Of a stretch of DNA of 64,000 nucleotides, positions 13,301-27,522 are shown piece after piece. Every line of letters starts with the position of its first letter. Position 1 is the first letter of the stretch. Source of the stretch: Mobula hypostoma (lineage: Eukaryota); contig NC_086097.1 in assembly GCF_963921235.1 (NCBI RefSeq), positions 99,450,001-99,514,000 on the forward strand, read 5' to 3'. A program made the position numbers and the translations under genes. The notes under the pieces are model-generated. The model was not told where the DNA came from. It saw nothing but the letters and a program-made list of their open reading frames with translations, and searched no databases.

Positions 13301-16300
13301 CAGTGTAGATTATATCAGTGGATTACAGTGAGTGGTGTTGGGTTCACCAGTTTATTTCAGTGAAGGGTGTGGGGTTCACCAGTTTATTACACTGAGGGGT
13401 CTGGGCTAATCCAGAGTGTTATAGTGAGGGGTGTGGGGTACTCCATTATATTACAGTGAGGGGTGTGGGGTACTCCATTATATTACAGTGAGGGGTGTGG
13501 GGTACACCAGTTTATTACACTGAGGGGTGAGGGGTTCACCAGTTTATTACAGTGAGGGGTCTGGGCTACTCCAGAGTGTTACAGTGAGGGGTGTGGGGCA
13601 CTCCAGTTTATTACAGTGAGGAGTGAGGGGTACTCCAATGGTTTACAGTGATGGGCACGGGGTACTCCAGTTTATTACAGTGAGAGATGTGGGGTACACC
13701 AGAGAGTTACAGTGACGGGTATGGGGTACCCCAGTTTATTTCAGAGAGGGGTGTGGGGTACACCAGAGTGTTACAGTGAGGGGTGTGGGGTTCACCAGTT
13801 TATTACAGTGAGGGGTCTGGGCTACTCCAGAGTGTTACAGTGAGGGGTGCAGGGTACTCCAGTTTATTACAGTGAGGGCTGTGGGGTACTCCAGTTTATT
13901 ACAGTGATGGGCGTGGGGTACTCCAGTTTATTACAGTGAGGGGTGTGAGGTACTCCAGTTTATTACAGTGAGGGGTGTGGGATACTCCAGTGGATTACAG
14001 TGTGGATTATATCAGTGGTTTACAGTGAGGGGTGTGGGATACTCCAGTGTATTGCAGTGTGGATTATATCAGTGGTTTACAGTGAGGGGTGTTGGATACT
14101 CCAGTTTATTACAGTGAGGGGTGTGGGATACTCCAGTGGATTACAGTGTGGATTATATCAGTGGTTTACAGTGAGGCGTGTTGGATACTCCAGTGGATTA
14201 CTGTGTGGATTATATCAGTGGATTACAGTGAGGGGTGTGGGGTACACCTGAGTGTTACAGAGAGGGGTGTGGGGTACCCCAGTTTATTACAGTGAGGGGT
14301 GTGGGATACACCAGTGGATTACAGTGTGGATTATATCAGTGGTTTACAGTGAGAGGCGTGGGGTACTCCAGTTTATTACAGTGAGGGCTGTGGGGTACTC
14401 CAGTTTATTACAGTGATGGGCGTGAGGTACTCCAGTTTATTACAGTGAGGGATGTGGGGTACTCCTTTGGATTACAGTGAGGGGTGTGGGGAACTCCAGT
14501 TTATTACAGTGAGGGCTGTGGGGTACACCAGAGTGTTACAGTCAGGGCTGTGGGGTACTCCAGTTTATTACAATGATGGGTGTGAGGTACTCCAGTTTAT
14601 TACAGTGAGGGGTGTGAGGTACTCCAGTTTATTACAGTGAGGGGTGTGGGGAACTCCAGTTTATTACGCTGAGGGCTGTGGGGTACGCTAGAGTGTTACA
14701 GTGAGGGGTGTGGGATACTACAGTGGATTATAGTGTGGATTATATCAGTGGTTTACAGTGAGGGGTGTGGGATACTCCAGTTTATTACGCTGAGGGCTGT
14801 GGGGTACGCTAGAGTGTTACAGTGAGGGGTGTGGGATACTCCAGTGTATTACAGTGTGGATTATATCAGTGGTTTACAGTGAGGGGGGTGGGATACTCCA
14901 GTTTATTACAGTGAGGGGTGTGGGGTACTCCAATTTATTACAGTGAGGGGTGTGGGGTACTCGAGTGGATTACAGTGAGGGGTGTGGGGTACTCCAGTTT
15001 ATTACAGTGATGGGCATGAGGTACTCCAGTTTATTACAGTGATGGGCATGGGGTACTCCAGTTTATTACAGTGAGGAGTGTGGGGTACTCCAGTTTATTA
15101 CAGTGATGGGTGTGGGTTACTCCAGTTTATTACAGTGAGGAGTGTGGGGTACCCCAGAGTGTTACAGTGAGAGGCGTGGGGTACTCCAGTTTATTACAAT
15201 GAGGGTTGTGGGCTACACAAGAGTGTTACAGTGAGGGCTGTGGGGTACTCCAGTTTATTACAGTGATGGGCATGAGGTACTCCAGTTTATTACAGTGAAG
15301 GGTGTGGGGTACTCCAGTTTATTACAGTGAAGGGTGTGGGGTACTCCAGTTTATTACAGTGAAGGGTGTGGGGTACTCCAGTTTATTACAGTGATGGGCG
15401 TGAGGTACTCCCGTTTATTACAATGAAGGGTGTGGGGTACTCTAGTTTATTACAGTGAGGGATGTGGGGTACTCCATTGGATTACAGTGAGGGGTGTGGG
15501 GAACTCCAGTTTATTACAGTGATGGCTGTGGGGTACTCCAGTTTATTACAGTGAGGAGTGTGGGGTACTCCAGTTTATTACAGTGATGGACGTGGGTTAC
15601 TCCAGTTTATTACAGTGAGGAGTGTGGGGTACTCCAGTTTATTACAGTGAGGAGTGTGTTACAGAGTGTTACAGTGAGAGGCGTGGGGTACTCCAGTTTA
15701 TTACAGTGAGGGGTGTGGGGTACACAAGAGTGTTACAGTGAGGGCTGTGGGGTACTCCAGTTTATTACAGTGAGGGATGTGGGGTACTCCTTTGGATTAC
15801 AGTGAGGGGTGTGGGTTACTCCAGTTTATTACAGTGAGGAGTGTGGGGTACTCCAGTTTATTACAGTGATGGACGTGGGTTACTCCAGTTTATTACAGTG
15901 AGGAGTGTGTTACAGAGTGTTACAGTGAGAGGCGTGGGGTACTCCAGTTTATTACAATGAGGGTTGTGGGCTACACAAGAGTGTTACAGTGAGGGCTGTG
16001 GGGTACTCCAGTTTATTACAGTGACGGGCGTGAGGTACTCCAGTTTATTACAGTGAAGGGTGTGGGGTACTCCAGTTTATTACAGTGATGGGCATGAGGT
16101 ACTCCAGTTTATTACAGTGAAGGGTGTGGGGTACTCCAGTTTATTACAGTGAAGGGTGTGGGGTACTCCAGTTTATTACAGTGATGGGCATGAGGTACTC
16201 CCGTTTATTACAGTGAAGGGTGTGGGGTACTCTAGTTTATTACAGTGAGGGATGTGGGGTACTCCTTTGGATTACAGTGAGGGGTGTGGGGAACTCCAGT

Positions 16301-19300
16301 TTATTACAGTGATGGCTGTGGGGTACACCAGAGTGTTGCAGTCAGGGCTGTGGGGTACTCCAGTTTATTACAGTGACAGGCGTGAGGTACTCCAGTTTAT
16401 TACAGTGAAGGGTGTGGGGTACTCCAGTTTATTACAGTGAAGGGTGTGGGGTACTCCAGTTTATTACAGTGATGGGCGTGAGGTACTCCAGTTTATTACA
16501 GTGAAGGGTGTGGGGTACTCTAGTTTATTACAGTGAGGGATGTGGGGTACTCCTTTGGATTACAGTGAGGGGTGTGGGGAACTCCAGTTTATTACAGTGA
16601 TGGCTGTAGGGTACACCAGAGTGTTACAGTCAGGGCTGTGGGGTACTCCAGTTTATTACAGTGATGGGCGTGAGGTACTCCAGTTTATTACAGTGATGGG
16701 CGTGAGGTACTGCAGTTTATTACAGTGAGGGGTGTGAGGTACTCCAGTTTATTACAGTGAGGGATGTGGGGTACTCCAGAGTGTTACAGTGAGGGGTGTG
16801 GGGAACTCCAGTTTATTACGCTGAGGGCTGTGGAGTACGCTAGAGTGTTACAGTGAGAGGTGTGGGATACTCCAGTGTATTACAGTGTGGATTATATCAG
16901 TGGTTTACAGTGAGGGGAGTGGGATACTCCAGTTTATTACAGTGAGAGGTGTGGGGTACTCCAGTTTATTACAGTGAGGGGTGTGGGGTACTCGATTGGA
17001 TTACAGTGAGGGGTGTGGGGTACTCCAGTTTATTACAGTGATGGGCGTGGGGTACTCCAGTTTATTACAGTGAGGAGTGTGGGGTACTCCAGTTTATTAC
17101 AGTGATGGACGTGGGTTACTCCAGTTTATTACAGTGAGGAGTGTGGGGTAGTCCAGTTTATTACAGTGATGGACGTGGGTTACTCCAGTTTATTACAGTG
17201 AGGAGTGTGTTACAGAGTGTTACAGTGAGAGGCGTGGGGTACTCCAGTTTATTACAATGAGGGGTGTGGGGTACACAAGAGTGTTACAGTGAGGGCTGTG
17301 GGGTACTCCAGTTTATTACAGTGAGGGATGTGGGGTACTCCTTTGGATTACAGTGAGGGGTGTGGGGAACTCCAGTTTATTACAGTGAGGGCTGTGGGGT
17401 ACACCAGAGTGTTACAGTCAGGGCTGTGGGGTACTCCAGTTTATTACAGTGATGGGCGTGAGGTACTCCAGTTTATTACAGTGAAGGGTGTGGGATACAC
17501 CTGTGTATTACAGTGTGAATGATATCAGTGGTTTACAGTGAGGGGTGTGGGATACTCCAGTGTATTACAGTGTGGATTATATCAGTGGTTTACAGTGAGG
17601 GGAGTGGGATACTCCAGTTTATTACAGTGAGAGGTGTGGGGTACTCCAGTTTATTACAGTGAGGGGTGTGGGGTACTCGATTGGATTACAGTGAGGGGTG
17701 TGGGGTACTCCAGTTTATTACAGTGATGGGCGTGGGGTACTCCAGTTTATTACAGTGAGGAGTGTGGGGTACTCCAGTTTATTACAGTGATGGACGTGGG
17801 TTACTCCAGTTTATTACAGTGAGGAGTGTGGGGTAGTCCAGTTTATTACAGTGATGGACGTGGGTTACTCCAGTTTATTACAGTGAGGAGTGTGTTACAG
17901 AGTGTTACAGTGAGAGGCGTGGGGTACTCCAGTTTATTACAATGAGGGGTGTGGGGTACACAAGAGTGTTACAGTGATGGGCGTGAGGTACTCCAGTTTA
18001 TTACAGTGAGGGATGTGGGGTACTCCTTTGGATTACAGTGAGGGGTGTGGGGAACTCCAGTTTATTACAGTGAGGGCTGTGGGGTACACCAGAGTGTTAC
18101 AGTCAGGGCTGTGGGGTACTCCAGTTTATTACAGTGATGGGCGTGAGGTACTCCAGTTTATTACAGTGAGGGGTGTGGGATACACCTGTGTATTACAGTG
18201 TGAATGATATCAGTGGTTTACAGTGAGGGGTGTGGGATACTCCAGTGTGGATTATATCAGTGGTTTACAGTGAGGAGTGTGGGGTACGTCAGTTTATTAC
18301 GGTGTGGATTATATCAGTGGTTTACAGTGAGGGATGTGGGGTACTCCAGAGTGTTACAGTGAGGGGTGTGGGGAACTCCAGTTTATTACGCTGAGGGCTG
18401 TGGAGTACGCTAGAGTGTTACAGTGAGAGGTGTGGGATACTCCAGTGTATTACAGTGTGGATTATATCAGTGGTTTACAGTGAGGGGAGTGGGATACTCC
18501 AGTTTATTACAGTGAGAGGTGTGGGGTACTCCAGTTTATTACAGTGAGGGGTGTGGGGTACTCGATTGGATTACAGTGAGGGGTGTGGGGTACTCCAGTT
18601 TATTACAGTGATGGGCGTGGGGTACTCCAGTTTATTACAGTGAGGAGTGTGGGGTACTCCAGTTTATTACAGTGATGGACGTGGGTTACTCCAGTTTATT
18701 ACAGTGAGGAGTGTGGGGTAGTCCAGTTTATTACAGTGATGGACGTGGGTTACTCCAGTTTATTACAGTGAGGAGTGTGTTACAGAGTGTTACAGTGAGA
18801 GGCGTGGGGTACTCCAGTTTATTACAATGAGGGGTGTGGGGTACACAAGAGTGTTACAGTGAGGGCTGTGGGGTACTCCAGTTTATTACAGTGAGGGATG
18901 TGGGGTACTCCTTTGGATTACAGTGAGGGGTGTGGGGAACTCCAGTTTATTACAGTGAGGGCTGTGGGGTACACCAGAGTGTTACAGTCAGGGCTGTGGG
19001 GTACTCCAGTTTATTACAGTGATGGGCGTGAGGTACTCCAGTTTATTACAGTGAAGGGTGTGGGATACACCTGTGTATTACAGTGTGAATGATATCAGTG
19101 GTTTACAGTGAGGGGTGTGGGATACTCCAGTGTATTACAGTGTGGATTATATCAGTGGTTTACAGTGAGGGGAGTGGGATACTCCAGTTTATTACAGTGA
19201 GAGGTGTGGGGTACTCCAGTTTATTACAGTGAGGGGTGTGGGGTACTCGATTGGATTACAGTGAGGGGTGTGGGGTACTCCAGTTTATTACAGTGATGGG

Positions 19301-20140
19301 CGTGGGGTACTCCAGTTTATTACAGTGAGGAGTGTGGGGTACTCCAGTTTATTACAGTGATGGACGTGGGTTACTCCAGTTTATTACAGTGAGGAGTGTG
19401 GGGTAGTCCAGTTTATTACAGTGATGGACGTGGGTTACTCCAGTTTATTACAGTGAGGAGTGTGTTACAGAGTGTTACAGTGAGAGGCGTGGGGTACTCC
19501 AGTTTATTACAATGAGGGGTGTGGGGTACACAAGAGTGTTACAGTGATGGGCGTGAGGTACTCCAGTTTATTACAGTGAGGGATGTGGGGTACTCCTTTG
19601 GATTACAGTGAGGGGTGTGGGGAACTCCAGTTTATTACAGTGAGGGCTGTGGGGTACACCAGAGTGTTACAGTCAGGGCTGTGGGGTACTCCAGTTTATT
19701 ACAGTGATGGGCGTGAGGTACTCCAGTTTATTACAGTGAGGGGTGTGGGATACACCTGTGTATTACAGTGTGAATGATATCAGTGGTTTACAGTGAGGGG
19801 TGTGGGATACTCCAGTGTGGATTATATCAGTGGTTTACAGTGAGGAGTGTGGGGTACGTCAGTTTATTACGGTGTGGATTATATCAGTGGTTTACAGTGA
19901 GGGGTGTGGGGTACCCCAGTGGATTACAGTGTGGATTATATCAGTGGTTTACAGTGAGGGATGTGGGGTACTCCTTTGGATTACAGTGGGGGGTGTGGGG
20001 TACTCCAGTTTATTACAGTGACGGGTGTGGGATACACCAGTGTATTACAGTGTGAATGATATCAGTGGTTTACAGTGAGGGGTGTGGGATACACCAGTGG
20101 ATTACAGTGTGGGGTGTATCAGCATGATAGAGTGAGAAGT
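10345..20140 (+). repeat. ~9.8-kb minisatellite, ~32-bp unit (cagtgaggggtgtggggtactccagtttatta) with higher-order repeats
   Basis: Visible tandem array. Matching ORF translations recur at 17328/18898 and 18013/19583, giving a 1570-bp period. Confidence 0.97.
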
Positions 20141-20439
20141 GTGGGATATATCACTGAAGGGTGTGGTGTTTCAGTGAGGAGTTGGGTATACCAGTGTGTT
20201 GGTGTGTTTATCAGTATGTCAGTGAGGGCAGTACTATACCACCTTGTTTGCTCTACCCGTGTTACTGATTCTCTCATGCATCTCAGCAACTGGGTCCTTA
20301 CTGTCTAGCTATGAGTAGCTGTTCTTAATCCTGGTACCTGTCAGCCAACACAGCCGTCACAACTCACACCTCAGGTTGGAGTGAACACTATCTGGGAGCT
20401 GCTGGAAAACCTTGTGCTATTTTTAAACTTTTAAATATA

Positions 20440-20700
20440 GGCCGGCTGGTGGAGCAATGGCTTCAGCGCCAGTTTCAGAGCAAAGGGCCCCGAGTTTGAA
20501 TCCAAGTCAGGCCACCCCCCGAGCACGCTTTCCATCCATGCCGGGTTGAGCGTCAAGCTAGCCACTCAGCCTCGTCAAAAAAAAAACAAGGGTCGAGTCT
20601 GGATCGTTCATATCGTGACCCGGTTAATCCAAAAGGAGACCAAACCTGACACCACGAGCCAGACAAGAATGGCTGACTGTCTGGTGCGACACACTAGAAT
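20440..20700 (+). mobile_element. tRNA-derived SINE
   Basis: A-box-like tggagcaatgg and B-box-like gtttgaatcc. Homologous to the copy at 32242. Confidence 0.75.
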
Positions 20701-20707
20701 GGACCAC

Positions 20708-21125
20708 TGTTAAAGAATATTCTGGAGTCAGATATTAATCCATGCAAGAAGCAGTTTTCAGTTGTTATTGTAAACTGAAGTTAAAAGCCCACAGACTACG
20801 AGATATTGTTTGCAATATGCGTGTGTCGAACGTGAAGACAATGGGGTTGTTTTGCATCAAAGCAGGCAACATGGGCGAAGTTATTTGCACCACCGTGACT
20901 TGGGTTCAGGCTGGCAAACCAGATGGAAATTGTCACTGTTGTTCAAACATAGTCACAGATATAGATAATCAATATTGAATTACCTACTGTTGACCACAAC
21001 CTTAGGGTATAAAAATGTGATGCATGGGTAGAGTCTCAAGAGAATGCCTGCTTGCTGTGATGAATGAAGACCTCTAGATCACCAGCTTCAATGTCTCGCC
21101 CGTGGCCTCAGTCACAGTCACAACA
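20708..21125 (+). mobile_element. 5' LTR of an old LTR retroelement (ERV-like)
   Basis: TG...CA termini, TATAAAA, homology to 27523-28326. Followed by ttTGGGAGCTCGTC, similar to the tRNA-Pro PBS TGGGGGCTCGTC. Confidence 0.8.
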
Positions 21126-22744
21126 TTTGGGAGCTCGTCAAGCATACGTTTGTAACCTATTGTGTGGCCAGTGACTTAACCAGTCTGAGGAGGTGAGTAT
21201 TTTTAAGAGTAGTTCTCACACTTAGATCTGTTTGGTCAATGAACATGGGATCACAGAGTGTGGAGAGCTGAGCTGTTGGACATAAAAGTATTGTGGTTCC
21301 TTAAGGTTGTTATAGCTGGCCTGATGGTGGGGACAAGCTCCCACGACCTATTAAATGCCCCCAATGGCATGCGTCTCATACGGCCTCCTGACCTTCACGT
21401 GTGGTTCAGCTACTAAGCACAGCAGAACCGTTTCTACTGACAAGAGAAGGGGCAAAGAGAGGTTATTGGCTCCTTGAAACCAGTTGCTTCAGGCAGATGG
21501 GGCTCGTCAGCCGTGGTTGGCAGCTCATCTAGGAGAAGGAGAATTCTGAAATCAAACCTCCGCTGCCTTGCGGCTATACCCACGCATGGGGAAGGTTCGG
21601 GAGTAAACCCCGAGGAGAAAATTCCAGAGCTGGAGGCCACAGGACAGTCAGACATTGTGCTCAATGCTGACTGGCTACTCCTAAGATGCTGCTGGTACCA
21701 AACTGTATCAGTCTCTGCCATCCCTTTGGGTGCATCAGCTGCGTGGAAAGGGGGAGCCCGTTACATGGCAACAGCCTGCTCTCTATATCGTACTGCCCTG
21801 GCTTGCGTATCACGTAGACAGCTAGAACACAACATCCATGGTTGACCCTACCAACGGAGAGCCTCAAAGAAGGAACCAGACATTTTGAACATTTTGGAGA
21901 GACAGGGCCACCAGTTGTGAAAGGTGACTGTTTAGGACACCAGAGGGGTGTGTGTTTGAGAAACTGTACAGTGGTACAGTGCACTTGTTTGTGAGCATGC
22001 TTGTGTGTTTTAAGAATAAGTTTGAAATCTTGTAACGGACCTTTTCTATGAATGGGAATACAATGGACATCGTGAGTTCAGCGACACAGAAGTGGAAGAT
22101 TGCAGAGTGATTTCAAGTATGTACAGTTTAGTTTTTACCTATGGGAATCAGTGTGGAGATATTTGAGAGAGACGTTATATCCAGGTATATCTGTTACGAT
22201 GGCACCTGTTAAAGTCAGACAATGACCAGGCTCGACAGGCCTTGGCCCTGATTACAACCACTCACAAGCTCTTCACCCCCAGGGGGAAGCAGAGCGTTTT
22301 GTCTGGGCTGCCTCACTTAGTGTGGCTTGTGGGAATCGAGAATTCTGACGCAAGCCAGAAGAAGTGATTGAAATTCGCTAAATGTACCCAAAAGATATAC
22401 ACGTGGTGGTAGAAGTGAAATGCCTGAAGAGGTTATGGGATGGTGTGGCCCAGGGAGTATGGGATGGTACATGGACAAAGACATCACTGCTTAAAGGGGG
22501 AAGTGAGGCAGCGGCTTGGGGACATGAAAGTAACTGGGGAATGATCATGTCAGTAGTTCAGAGATCCGATGAGCCTGCCAAGGATTATGTCGTGTGTAAG
22601 TATTGAGAATATGGGCAATACTCAAGGCTGGACAATCGAGTGAGCGATGATCCAGTACTCCTGAAAATGCTGAAGGAAGACCTGAGCTCAGCCCACTAGG
22701 AAGTTTTAGGTTTGAGGATAGCAGTAGGATATTGATAGCATCAA

Positions 22745-25260
22745 GAAACAGAAACATAGAAAATATACAGCGCAATACAGGCCCTTCGGCCCACAAAGCT
22801 GTGCCGAACATTTCCTTACCTTAGAACTACCTAGCCTTACCTATAACCCTCTGTTTTTCTAAGCTCCATGTACCCATCCAGGAGTCTCTTAAAAGCCCTT
22901 ATTGTTTCTGCCTCCACCACCGCCGTCAGCAGCCCATTCCATGCACTCACTGCATAGAAAACTTACCCCTGACGTCTCCTCTGTACCTACTTCCAAGCAC
23001 CTTAAAACTGTGCCCTCTCGTGCTAGTCATTTCAGCCCTGGGAAAAAGCCTCTGACTATCCACACAATCAATGCCTCTCATCATCTTATAGACCTCTATC
23101 AGGTCACCTCTCATCCTCCGTCGCTCCAAGGAGAAAAGGCCGAGTTCACTCAACCTACTCTCATAAGACATGCTCCCCAATCCAGGCAACATCCTCGTAA
23201 ATCTTCTCGGCACCCTTTCTATGGTTTCCACATCCTTCCTGTAGTGAGGCAACCAGAACTGAGCACAGTACTCCAAGTGGGGTCTGACCAGGGTCCTATA
23301 TAAGCTGTAACATTACCTCTTGGCTCTTAAACTCAATCCCATGGTTGATGAAGGCCAATGCACCGTATGCCGCCTTAACCACAGAGTCAACCTGCGCAGC
23401 AGCTTTGAGTGTCCTATGGACTCGGACCCCAAGATCCCTCTGATCCTCAATACTGCCAAGAGTCTTACCATTAATGCTATGTTCTGCCATCATATTTGAC
23501 CTACCAAAATGAACCACTTCACACTTATCTGGGTTGAACTCCATCTGCCATTTCTCAGCCCAGTTTTGCATCCTATCAATGTCCCGCTGTAACCTCTGAC
23601 AGCCCTCCACACTATCCACAACACCCCCGACCTTTGTGTCATCAGCAAATTTACTAACCCATCCCTCCACTTCCTCATCCAGGTCATTTATAAAAATCTC
23701 GAAGAGTAGGGGTCCCAGAACAGATCCCTGAGGCACACCACTGGTCGCCAACCTCCATGAAGAATATGACCCATTTATAACCACTCTTTGCCTTCTGTGG
23801 GCAAGCCATTTCTGGATCCATAAAGCAATGTCCCCTTGGATCCCATGTCTCCTTACTTTCTCAATAAGCTTTGCACGGCGTACCTTATCAAATGCCTTGC
23901 TGAAATCCATACACACTGCATCTACGGCTCTACTTGTGTCTAGATAAGGAACTGTCTATCGTTGTTTGCAACTGTGTCCATGCCTTCGCTACGTAGGTCC
24001 GGCCATTTGCCGCTACCTTGTGTTGAGAACCGTCTCTGTGTCCACGCCTTCGCTAGGTAAGTCAGGCCATTTGCTGCTACCTTGTGCTGAGAACTGTCTC
24101 TCTGTGTTCTGTGTATGAGTCCCGGCCCTACGTCCTGTTCCCGAGGAGGGGTCCCGGCTCTGTGTTCCATGTTCCTGTCTCTCAAGACCAAGGTTCTGTG
24201 TTCTGTGTTCCTGTCTCCCAAGACCGAGGCTCTGTGTTCTGGGGTCCGAGCCCGAGTCAAGACCCAGGTTCCGGGTCCCTGTCCAGTCTCTGGCTCGGAG
24301 TCCTTGTCCAGGTTCCAAGTTCCTTGTTCCTCATCCAGGTCCCACTTTCCTAGTCTAGTCCTAACCCAGGTCCTGTATCCTAGTCTTGTCCAAGGCCTGT
24401 GTCTTGTCCAGCATCATTTCTTCCCCACTTCCCTTGCTGTCTTTTCACACCTAGTCCTGTTCCTAGTACTTCAGTGTCTGTGTCTTGCATCTGGGTCCGC
24501 CACCAGCGACCTCGTATGACACCCTCGCTTCCCACAGTAGCCTGAGGTACATCCCATCCGGTCCTGGTGACTTATCCAACTTGATGCTTCCTAAAAGCTC
24601 CTCTTCCTTAATATCTACATGCTCAAGCTTTTCACTCCGCTGCAAGTTATCCCTACAATCGCCAGGATCCTTTTCCATAGTGAATATTAAGCAAAGTACC
24701 TCTGCTATCTCCTCCGGTTCCGTACACACTTTTCCACTGTCACACTTGATCGATCCTATTCTCTCACATCTTATCCTCTTGCTCTTCACAGACTTGTAGA
24801 ATGCCTTGGGGTTTTCCTTAATCCTGTCCGCTAAGGCCTTCTCATGGCCCCTTCTGGCTCTCCTAATTTCATTCTTAGTCTCCTTCCTGCAAGCCTTATA
24901 ACCTTCTAGATCTCTATCATTACCTAGTTTTTTCAAACCTTTCGTAAGCTCTTCTTTTCTTTTTGACTAGATTTACAACAGTCTTAGTACACCACAGTTC
25001 TTGTACCCTACCACCTTTTCCCTGTCTCATTGGAACGTACCCATGCAGAATCCATACATTTCCCTGAGAACATCTGTTTCCAGGTTATGCTTCCAAGTTC
25101 CTGCCTGATAGCCTCATATTTCCCCTTACTCCAATTAAACGCTTTCCTAACGTGTCTGTTCCTATCCCTCTCCAATGCTATGGTAAAGGAGATAGCATTG
25201 TGATCACTATCTTCAGAACGATCTCCCACTGAGAGAGCTGACACCAGAGCAGGTTCATTC
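22745..25260 (-). mobile_element. CR1 LINE inserted in the LTR element, itself interrupted at 23935-24521
   Basis: RT peptides (DFSKAFDKV, FADD, KSPGPDG). The CR1 3' tail is at 22745. Confidence 0.9.
23935..24521 (+). mobile_element. Probable partial Gypsy-type solo LTR with internal tandem repeats
   Basis: Non-CR1 insert with internal direct repeats, ending gcatctgggtcc...tgaca. The adjacent CR1 RT sequence is deleted. Confidence 0.5.
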
Positions 25261-27522
25261 CCCTGCCCATCATGGGCTGGGGAAATATATCAGAGGAGGA
25301 AGAGAAGTCATAAAGTGACTGTGGTGAATGTAGCCTCTGTCATATCACAGAGCACTTGCTTTGTGTCCCAGTAACCATGGCATCAAGAAACAGAGCGCCA
25401 GAACAAACACAGTGAGATGAATGAGATGATTCGTTGCAGCTATGGCCTCCCAGAGAAAGGTGCAAAAGTCACCCACCAAATGACAGCAACACCTTCTCTG
25501 TTCAATTTGATTGCCGACCAGATTATAGAGCTGGTGAGGACAGCAACTGGTCAGAGAAATGACTGACAGCAACCTTCACTGCAGTCGGGGTCAGCCATGA
25601 GTGTACTAAAAGTTTATTAGGGGGCCGACAATGTGACGCGTTAGTGGGCACAGGGCCAGCAGTATCGATAACTGATCTACCCTTATCCACAGCTGGAGAG
25701 TTACCAGTGCAGGAGGCGAAACAATGAGGAGTGAACCTCAGGTACTTGAGATTGAGGGAGAGCCGCTTCCTGTGGATTTTTGGGAGTGCCCAAACAATGA
25801 GGGAACTGTCCTGGGGAAAGACGCACTGCGTAAGGAGGTGTGATCGTGGATTCAGGGACAGAAGGAGTCACGTGGACTCGTCAGGAACGGCGAACACGTA
25901 TGATCTCCAGAGCAGACAACGTGGCCCATGGAGGGACAGTAGCCCCAAGCAGGGGCAGGACACAGGGCAATGTTGGAAATCATGTCAGGAGGCCCCAAAG
26001 CTCAAATTCAGTCAGGAACTGTTGGAAGTGGTGCAGCTGACTGCAGAGGTAACAGCAATTAAAATAAAGATACACCAGAAAGGGGAGGGAAAGGAGCAGA
26101 AAGGAATGAATGCACAGAGCATGGGGCAGAGAGAAAAAAGGAACACAGGTCGAGGGAGGAAGAAGAAACTACTGGAACCAATCTAGTAAGATCATACGGA
26201 GATGTGAAGGACCATTGTAACAGGTTAACACAGAGCAAAGCAGCAGCAACATGGTGCTGATCAGAGAGAGCCTGAGGGAAAGAAGGTAGTTTTCCCACAG
26301 CCGCTGGCCAACTCATGCAATGAAGGGAACTGTGTGACTAGGCAGAGTTTGCTCCAAGGTAGATGGGACCACAGGTGATGCTTCTGACACAAATGACACT
26401 TTTGTTCGTGTGCAGACTCTACAGGGCAGCCAGTGCAAACACTGGACTTGGGTTAACAGTATGTCTCATCTTCTTGTCGTCCTCACAGACAGAAGAAGGG
26501 ATCAAGTCCACCCATTAACAGTGTCATTACAGAGAATCTAAGTGATGAACACCAGCCTTCTGAGCTACCTCTGACCACACGTGATGGAGGTAGACCCACA
26601 GATGAAAGAGAGGAGAAACATGAATGAAGAAGACACAGAGAGTGAGGCAGCAACCCGTGGATAAAGCGTTAATTATAACTATATTCTGTCATGGATGCTG
26701 GACCTTGAAAGTAGACGATGAGATATCGATCAGAACAGAAATATATTGGGAAACTAGATGGAAAAGATCCAAGTTATGGCAGAGGCATCAGTTTCCGCCC
26801 CTCATTCATTCCCCACCCTCAATGGCAAGACAAACTGAGAAAAAGAAGAAATGGCGCACAGTGTCTGAAGGCAGTCAGCCCAGCCTGAATGTGGAGCGCA
26901 CACAAAAGGCCTGAGCTCTTTCAGTGGTTGGGCCAGCCATCCGGGAGTGGGTGACACCAGGGCAAGGTCCTTGCATCTGTTTGAATAGAGACCACCCCAA
27001 ACCCTCCTGTAGATCGATCAAAAAGACCGGTTGAGAAGATCATTCGATAATCTTGTGTCATGGCATGGAATGTGAACTGCTGCCTATGAATCTGAAACAA
27101 AGTTACTTTGCTGGGACCCTGCCCATTGAGTAAATACTGATAGCCACTACTGATAGACTTGTCTCTCAGATATTGAAGGGGTGAAGATAAAGATATGTAA
27201 ACCGCAATGGGCCAGCAGGGAAGAAGCAACGAGCACATGATTGACAAAGTTGCATTTTAAAGACTGGGTGATATTGAGAGGACAAAAGTTTCCAAGGAGA
27301 GGATGTGATCGAATTTCCGGAACTTCTTATTGCCATCTTTGCTTAGGCTTGTGGATAGCCAGTTAGGGATGACAGTATAGGTGTAGATACACATAGTGAC
27401 ATGACTGGTTAGTAATTGGAGAAGGGAACCAAAGTGAAGGTCATTTTTTGCTGCCTTACTTTATTCGATCAAGTTTGCACTTCCTGGGAGCAATTTCTGT
27501 CTGGGGTCACGTCAGGAGGGTA

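Noticed and set aside
10345..20140. CRISPR-like array or V(D)J RSS array (tacagtg)
   Set aside because: There are no unique spacers or cas genes and the context is eukaryotic. The heptamer lacks the obligatory CAC and there is no nonamer.
20243..20337. Possible extra X-Y linker exon (minus strand, ag...gt bounded)
   Set aside because: Stop codons in all three frames. Exons 28971 and 10247 already join in phase.
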